From Clostridia bacterium (lineage in GTDB: Bacteria; Bacillota; Clostridia; DUPQ01), in contig JAFGIJ010000094.1 of the NCBI GenBank assembly GCA_016929655.1, positions 1 to 53,637 on the forward strand: DNA of 53,637 nucleotides, given 5' to 3'. The notes under the pieces are model-generated. The model saw nothing but the letters and a program-made list of their open reading frames with translations, searched no databases and was not told the origin of the DNA. How positions within the stretch are numbered: position 1 is the stretch's first letter; the number at the start of each line of letters is the position of its first letter. Of the stretch, positions 48,314 through 53,637 are shown one piece after another. The position numbers were made by a program, and so were the translations under genes.

Positions 48314-49864
48314 TCAATATCCATACTGTTTAAAATCTGCATTTTCTATGAAGTTTAAAACATCAGAATCCAGCTTGAAGCCACGGCTTTCAAGAATTAT
48401 AAATAAATCAGCAATCAGTCTGTAATATGCAGAATCTTTATATTCATTCAGGAATCTTAAATAACTGGCCTTGGCCTGTGCAAAAAGCTCCAGGCTTACA
48501 CTGTCATAAAGCGGAGATACTGCAAATCCAACTTTGCCTATGTATATACCCATGTACTCTTCGGCCTTCAATCTTGCTTTAATATTGTAAGGATAGCTGT
48601 TAGGATATGTGTCAGAGAATTTTTTCCATTCATACACCAATTGGGCAACCTGGTCAATTTCGATATAAAGGTTTTCATCATCAGCTGCTGTAATATGGTC
48701 GGAATCAAGGATCATAGATAGTTCAGTATCTCTCAAGATCAGGTACTCATTAAGAATATCTGATAAAAACAACTCAAAATTAGCTCTGAGATAACTTGGA
48801 ATGAGAGTTGCCTCAATGAAGCCATTGCTGATATCTACATTTATCCCTGCAGCCCTGGCCTTTACTATAAACTCTTCATTGATATTGCCCATATCATAAT
48901 TGAAAGGAATACCTGCGATAATTACATCATAAAATTCTTCCAGGACATTAAACATCCTGTCATTTACATAAAAATCAGAACCGGCTGTCTGCCTGAAATA
49001 ATCAGCTGCAATTGTCATACTTTCAATTTTTGAAGGATCGAGACCATTGAGCAAATCACAGAAAATTTTGTGCCGCTCTCCCTCCTGGGTTTCAATGATA
49101 TATAAATCCAATCTTGCTCTTTGCCATTCCACCAATGCCTGAAGTTCTTTTTCGTCTGAAGTTCCATTTGCTCCGTTTTCTAAAATTTCATTCAACCTCT
49201 CCTCAAGCTCCTTATATTCTCTTTTACTTGTTTCTAGCTGCATTTCAAGATCCTCAATCATGGAACTTGAATCCTGTACAGGTTCATAGGAAATTTTTCC
49301 CTCTCTGTCAAAGTATTCATAAACAGCATCCTGATTCCTGACATCCAACCCATCTGAATTGAATTTAATCTGAAACCGGTCGTCTGCTATATCTCCCAGA
49401 ATAATAGTTTCTCCCTCAGCCGGCATTGCTTTACTGCCTGTAAATGTACCTGAATAAATTTTTTCTCCATCAACAACAACAACAAATGCCATATACTGTG
49501 CTGACTCAAGAAATCTGCTTCCTCCCTTTTGATAGCTCCTAAAGCCATTGGAATCAATGATATAATCACTGTATTCAGTTGATCCATTGCTAAATAGTTT
49601 TTCCAGGAAGGAACCATTCACTTCTATTACATGGCTGTCCCAGTAGTATTTCCTTATGTCTTCTCCAGTCAATGAAGGAGTTTCTGCAATTGCAAGTCTT
49701 TCATAATCATAATACCCAAATTGTCTGACACTTTCGGTGGTAGCCAGATATATTTCAAAGCTTCCTTTGTTTGCATTGATTTCTGTTGGTCCATTCTCTA
49801 TATTGCAGCCCACAATTCCAATGACCATAGCCAGCAAAATCAGAATTACAGGAATTTTTTTCAT
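48314..49864 (-). CDS. Uncharacterised lipoprotein
   Basis: Signal peptide plus lipobox MKKIPVILILLAMVIGIVG-C. No domain recognised. Central charged coiled-coil-like stretch. The ORF-track start at 49870 is a TTG. The ATG at 49864 has AGGAGA 6 nt upstream. Confidence 0.7.
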   Translation of the reverse strand: MKKIPVILILLAMVIGIVGCNIENGPTEINANKGSFEIYLATTESVRQFGYYDYERLAIAETPSLTGEDIRKYYWDSHVIEVNGSFLEKLFSNGSTEYSDYIIDSNGFRSYQKGGSRFLESAQYMAFVVVVDGEKIYSGTFTGSKAMPAEGETIILGDIADDRFQIKFNSDGLDVRNQDAVYEYFDREGKISYEPVQDSSSMIEDLEMQLETSKREYKELEERLNEILENGANGTSDEKELQALVEWQRARLDLYIIETQEGERHKIFCDLLNGLDPSKIESMTIAADYFRQTAGSDFYVNDRMFNVLEEFYDVIIAGIPFNYDMGNINEEFIVKARAAGINVDISNGFIEATLIPSYLRANFELFLSDILNEYLILRDTELSMILDSDHITAADDENLYIEIDQVAQLVYEWKKFSDTYPNSYPYNIKARLKAEEYMGIYIGKVGFAVSPLYDSVSLELFAQAKASYLRFLNEYKDSAYYRLIADLFIILESRGFKLDSDVLNFIENADFKQYGY

Positions 49865-49890
49865 AATCAATCTCCTGTTTAGTTTTTTCC

Positions 49891-49899
49891 ATTATACCA
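49891..49899 (-). promoter_or_regulatory. Candidate extended -10 promoter for the lipoprotein gene
   Basis: Minus strand: TGGTATAAT. No good -35 box. Confidence 0.4.
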
Positions 49900-49933
49900 T
49901 TTCGAGAAGGCTTACAGACATTTCTTATATATC

Positions 49934-49970
49934 AAAAACCCGCAAACAAGCTTTTAAATTGTTTGCGGGT
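49934..49970 (-). terminator. Intrinsic terminator after ileS
   Basis: Minus strand: ACCCGCAAACAA ...9-nt loop... TTGTTTGCGGGT (12 bp), followed by TTTTGATAT. Confidence 0.8.
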
Positions 49971-50011
49971 CTGATTATTTATTGTGTATAAAATTTCAAA
50001 TATCCGAAAAA

Positions 50012-53000
50012 TCAGACTTTTTTTAATCCAAAGGTTGCGGTTTCACCATTTATATCCCATTCCTTCTGATATTCTGAATCCTTCAGATTTCCAAACATTC
50101 CATCTGCCAGTATTTCACTGCAGATATTATCTTTGTTTTTCCCGACAACCTCGAGGATTGTTTTACTGCCGTCGGCAAATAAGAGTATGTGATCCTGTAC
50201 TTCAAAGCCGGCTTCTTTTCTCATTGTCTGTATTTTACTTACCATCTCTCTTACAAAACCTTCTTCAATGAGTTCATCAGTCATATTTGTGTCAAGAACT
50301 GCTGTTATACTTCCGGATGTTTCAGACAAAAAGCCTCTTTTCTGTGTTGTTTCTGATAAAACATCATCTTTTTCCAAGATTACATCCGTTCCATCAATAC
50401 TAAAAGAGACTGTATTTCCCTTATCAAATTCAGACATTACATAAGATCCGTCAGCATCAGCAAGAGCTTTGTAGATTTTAGGAATTAGTTTGCCATATTT
50501 TGGTCCCAGTGTCTTAAGCTGTGGCTTCAAATTATAATCTATGAAAGTTGAAGCATCTTCTATGTAGCTGACCTTCTTGACATTAAGCTCATCCCTGATA
50601 AGTTCCAGATAATCTGCTGGCAATTCTGTTTCGCTCTTTAGAAGAAGCTCTGCCACCGGCTGTCTGTTCTTGATGTTTGCTGTATTTCTCAGGCTTCTTC
50701 CCATTACTACAGCACACAGTACTTCTTCCATAAACTTTTCGAGATTCTCATCTATAGCCGAATTGTCACATTCAGGAAAATCGCACAGATGTACGCTTTC
50801 AGGAGCCTGACTGTCTATTCCTGCAACCAGATTCCTGTAAATCTCTTCAGACATAAATGGGACAAATGGAGCAGATATCTTGGCAAGGGTGACAAGCACT
50901 GTGTAAAGTGTCATGTATGCATTGATCTTATCCTGGTTATTTTCTTTCTGCCAGAAGCGTTCCCTACCTCTTCTTACATACCAATTACTGAGCTCATCCA
51001 CAAATTTCTGCATTGCCCTTGCTGGTTCTGTAATCCTGTATACGGCAAGGCTCTCGTCTGTATATTTTACAAGAGAATTTAATTTTGACAGTATCCATCT
51101 ATCCATCAAACCCAGCTTGGCATATTCCAGTTTGTAATCCAGTGGATTGAATTTATCAATGTCAGCATATAAAACATAAAAAGCATAAGTGTTCCAGAAT
51201 GTTCCCATGAATTTCCTCTGGCCTTCACTGACAGCTTCTTCGTAGAATTTACTGGGCAGCCAAGGTGCACTGGCTGTGTAAAAATACCATCTGACAGCAT
51301 CAGCTCCTTGATTATCAAGTACAACATCCGGATCTACATAGTCGCCCTTGCTTTTACTCATTTTTTGCCCATCTTTGTTTTGAACCAGACCCAGTACAAC
51401 GCAGTTCTTATAAGCAGGTTCATCAAACAGAAGGGTTGATATTGCAAGAAGTGTATAAAACCATCCCCTTGTCTGGTCAAGTGCCTCACTGATAAAATCT
51501 GCCGGAAAATTCTCTTCAAACAATTCCTTGTTTTCAAATGGATAGTGCCATTGTGCAAAAGGCATGGCTCCCGAATCGAACCAGCAGTCTATTACTTCAC
51601 TGACCCTGCTCATTTCTCCTCCGCATTCAGGGCAGGTCAAGTGTATCTGATCAATGTATGGCTTATGCAGTTCTATGTCATCAGGAACATTTATTCCTCT
51701 TTGCTTCAATTCAGCTATACTGCCGATTGCATCCCGGTGACCGCATGAGCATTCCCAAATAGGCAGTGGTGTACCCCAGTATCTTTCCCTTGAAATACCC
51801 CAGTCCACTACATTTTTCAGGAAATTACCAAATCTGGCCTCTCCTATTGCAGGAGGATACCAATTGATTTTATCATTGTTCGCAAGAAGGTTTTCCTTAA
51901 GTTTTGTCATCTCAATGAACCATGAATTTCTTGCATAATATATAAGGTGGGTATCACATCTCCAGCAGAAAGGATACGAGTGTTCATATTCATTTATCTT
52001 GAACAGCAAACCCTTTTTAGTCAGATATTCAATTATTACAGGATCAGCATCTTTGACAAACATTCCTGCAATAAAATCTGTTTCCTCTGTCATATGCCCC
52101 TGTTCGTCTACCAATTGGACGAATGGAAGGCCGTACTTTCTTCCTACTACTGCATCATCCTCTCCAAAGGCCGGTGCAGTATGAACGATCCCGGTACCTT
52201 CTGTAAGGGTTACAAAATCACCCAGGCAGACATAATAAGCCTTCTTGTCAGGTTTTACAAAATCAAACAGAGGCTCATACTCCATTCCCTCAAGCTGCGC
52301 ACCCTTGTAGGTTTCAACTATTTCAAAGCTATCTCCCAGAACACTGGTTGCAAGGGATTTAGCCAGTATTATATTTTCTCCATTATATAGCACCTTTACA
52401 TATTCATTGTCAGGGCCAACAGTCAGGGCAAGATTTGATGGAAGAGTCCATGGTGTGGTTGTCCATGCCATAAAATATGTATTTTCAACACCCTTCACCT
52501 TGAATTTTACATAAATAGATTCTTCATGGACATCCTTGTATCCCTGGGCTACCTCATGGCTGGATAGACTGGTTCCACATCTTGGACAATATGGCACAAT
52601 CTTGTGACCCTTGTAAAGGAGTCCTTTGTCCCATATAGTCTTAAGAGCCCACCACACAGATTCTATGTAGTCGTTCTCATAAGTTATATATGGATTGTCC
52701 ATATCAGCCCAGAAACCGACCTTTTCGCTCATTATTTCCCAGTTGCCCTTATATTTCCATACACTTTCCTTGCACTTCTTTATAAAAGGCTCGACACCAT
52801 ACTTTTCTATCTCGGGTTTTCCATCAATACCAAGCATCTTTTCTACTTCCAGCTCCACAGGCAGCCCATGTGTGTCCCAGCCGGCTTTTCTGAGGACTTT
52901 GTAACCCTTCATTGTTCTGTACCGTGGAATCAGATCCTTGATGACCCTGGTCAATATATGGCCAATATGTGGCAATCCATTGGCGGTGGGAGGCCCATCA

Positions 53001-53131
53001 TAAAAGGTAAACACAGGAGCACCTTCCCTGTTTTCGATGCTTTTCCTGAATATATCATTTTCCTTCCAGAACTGTCTGGTCTCTTTTTCCCTTTCGGCGA
53101 AATCAAGTTTGGTTGAAACTTTCTTGTACAT
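50012..53131 (-). CDS. ileS: Isoleucine--tRNA ligase, type 2 (about 1040 aa form)
   Basis: HIGH motif PTANGLPHIGH and KMSKS motif GQKMSKSKG. The ATG at 53131 (MYKKVST) has GGAGG 5 nt upstream. The ORF-track N-terminal extension to 53200 runs through the T-box terminator. Confidence 0.95.
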   Translation of the reverse strand: MYKKVSTKLDFAEREKETRQFWKENDIFRKSIENREGAPVFTFYDGPPTANGLPHIGHILTRVIKDLIPRYRTMKGYKVLRKAGWDTHGLPVELEVEKMLGIDGKPEIEKYGVEPFIKKCKESVWKYKGNWEIMSEKVGFWADMDNPYITYENDYIESVWWALKTIWDKGLLYKGHKIVPYCPRCGTSLSSHEVAQGYKDVHEESIYVKFKVKGVENTYFMAWTTTPWTLPSNLALTVGPDNEYVKVLYNGENIILAKSLATSVLGDSFEIVETYKGAQLEGMEYEPLFDFVKPDKKAYYVCLGDFVTLTEGTGIVHTAPAFGEDDAVVGRKYGLPFVQLVDEQGHMTEETDFIAGMFVKDADPVIIEYLTKKGLLFKINEYEHSYPFCWRCDTHLIYYARNSWFIEMTKLKENLLANNDKINWYPPAIGEARFGNFLKNVVDWGISRERYWGTPLPIWECSCGHRDAIGSIAELKQRGINVPDDIELHKPYIDQIHLTCPECGGEMSRVSEVIDCWFDSGAMPFAQWHYPFENKELFEENFPADFISEALDQTRGWFYTLLAISTLLFDEPAYKNCVVLGLVQNKDGQKMSKSKGDYVDPDVVLDNQGADAVRWYFYTASAPWLPSKFYEEAVSEGQRKFMGTFWNTYAFYVLYADIDKFNPLDYKLEYAKLGLMDRWILSKLNSLVKYTDESLAVYRITEPARAMQKFVDELSNWYVRRGRERFWQKENNQDKINAYMTLYTVLVTLAKISAPFVPFMSEEIYRNLVAGIDSQAPESVHLCDFPECDNSAIDENLEKFMEEVLCAVVMGRSLRNTANIKNRQPVAELLLKSETELPADYLELIRDELNVKKVSYIEDASTFIDYNLKPQLKTLGPKYGKLIPKIYKALADADGSYVMSEFDKGNTVSFSIDGTDVILEKDDVLSETTQKRGFLSETSGSITAVLDTNMTDELIEEGFVREMVSKIQTMRKEAGFEVQDHILLFADGSKTILEVVGKNKDNICSEILADGMFGNLKDSEYQKEWDINGETATFGLKKV

Positions 53132-53139
53132 TTCTTCCT

Positions 53140-53412
53140 CCATATATTTACATAAATAAAGCTCTATCATCCTCACAGGGACGAAAGAGCATTCTCTCAC
53201 GCGGTACCACCCGGTTTGCTTGGCAAGCCACTTTTCAGATACATTACATATCCTGCATTTATAACGGTTGCTGCCGTTTCCCCTTACTGCCTTTCTGGGG
53301 AAAAGCTCCCGGATGATATTCAGAAAACCAAGTGTACAGTCTTACACCAGCCGACTGCTCTCTCTGCCACCTGCGAATCCTTACTTGTTCCGCTCAAAGC
53401 CTTTGCTTAATT
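53140..53412 (-). promoter_or_regulatory. T-box riboswitch leader, Ile specifier (AUC)
   Basis: Minus strand: AGAGAG (AG bay), CTGGTG (distal loop region), specifier loop GAATATCA (ATC at 53317..53315 followed by A), F-box-like CCGTTA, and T-box AAACCGGGTGGTACCGCG (53217..53200), followed by a terminator. Confidence 0.9.
53151..53190 (-). terminator. T-box terminator helix
   Basis: Minus strand: GCTCTTTCGTCC CTGTGA GGATGATAGAGC (12 positions, one mismatch, one G-U), followed by TTTATTTAT. Its 5' arm overlaps the antiterminator 3' arm. Confidence 0.75.
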
Positions 53413-53418
53413 ATTGAT

Positions 53419-53447
53419 ATTATATATACGCTGAATTTAAGTGTCAA
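53419..53447 (-). promoter_or_regulatory. Consensus sigma-A promoter for the ileS T-box leader
   Basis: Minus strand: TTGACA (53447..53442), 17-nt spacer, TATAAT (53424..53419). Both hexamers are perfect. Confidence 0.75.
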
Positions 53448-53637
53448 GCTCACTTGTTCAATCATAGGTCAGGCTGCTGTCACCGCTTATGGGTATTATT
53501 TCACCAAGAAAGACCGGTTCCTTCCCCAGAATATGAATATATATGAAATCCGGGAATTTGACAGTTGGAAAAACTAAAAAACTCTAAAAGCCTTTTAACA
53601 GGCTATTTTTTTGTCAAATTTTAATGAATTGTATTGC

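Noticed and set aside
53132-53200. N-terminal extensions in the ORF track. Affected genes: ileS to 53200, recG to 4448, fumA to 19045, DUF362 to 16161, lipoprotein to 49870, plus eno, gap and rimP by 2-3 codons.
   Set aside because: Several start at TTG, or at an ATG that touches the SD with zero spacing. A downstream ATG with a 5-9 nt SD spacing and a family-typical N-terminus exists in each case. The ileS extension runs through the T-box terminator.
53332-53577. 81-aa plus-strand ORF and the remaining roughly 190 nt upstream of the ileS promoter. This includes an AGCCT/AGGCT hairpin at about 53589..53604.
   Set aside because: The ORF overlaps the T-box leader and promoter in antisense and has no SD. 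The 5-bp hairpin is probably the terminator of a minus-strand gene beyond the window edge, which cannot be evaluated here.

Overview
AT-rich, Clostridia-like (Firmicutes) core chromosome. I call about 50 protein genes, one tRNA and one T-box leader. All but three genes lie on the minus strand, and many are translationally coupled through ATGA or short start/stop overlaps. In minus-strand transcription order (right to left): (1) T-box(Ile)-controlled type-2 ileS. (2) An orphan lipoprotein gene. (3) A shikimate/Phe operon, aroF-aroB-aroA-aroC-pheA-aroE-aroK, followed by two Gfo/Idh/MocA oxidoreductases and ackA. (4) The rimP-nusA-ylxR-ylxQ-infB-rbfA-nrnA-truB-ribF block, then lgt. (5) A lone plus-strand tRNA-Pro(GGG). 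(6) A tandem-OB SSB-like gene, pgi, a small export protein, and a cytoplasmic BNR-sialidase-like / DapA-NanA-like / GH78 rhamnosidase triad with a THUMP methyltransferase. (7) hup. (8) Two-subunit class I fumarate hydratase, icd, a DUF1858-DUF362 pair, trmL and an M20 peptidase. (9) A glycolytic operon, gap, fused pgk-tpiA, gpmI and eno, then secG. (10) A mixed operon: aldose epimerase, yhcH-like, SIR2 deacetylase, recG, PRTase-like gene, nagA. I saw no CRISPR array, transposase, integrase, phage genes or recognisable defence cluster, so this is mostly an ordinary housekeeping region. The most novel-looking signal is non-coding. A 21-codon Phe/Tyr-rich leader ORF is embedded in a complete four-segment terminator/antiterminator upstream of the aro-pheA operon. 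That is trpL/pheL-style ribosome-mediated attenuation in a genome that uses a T-box for ileS in the same window. Secondary observations include the in-frame PGK-TPI fusion, a weak-U-tract hairpin in the rimP-nusA leader, and an unassigned 240-nt spacer with a 14-bp perfect palindrome. Others are an aro operon lacking dehydroquinase and Tyr-branch genes but coupled to two oxidoreductases, a His15-less HPr-like protein, and a G7 tract in an RBS. All calls come from reading the sequence and recalling family motifs. No database search was run.
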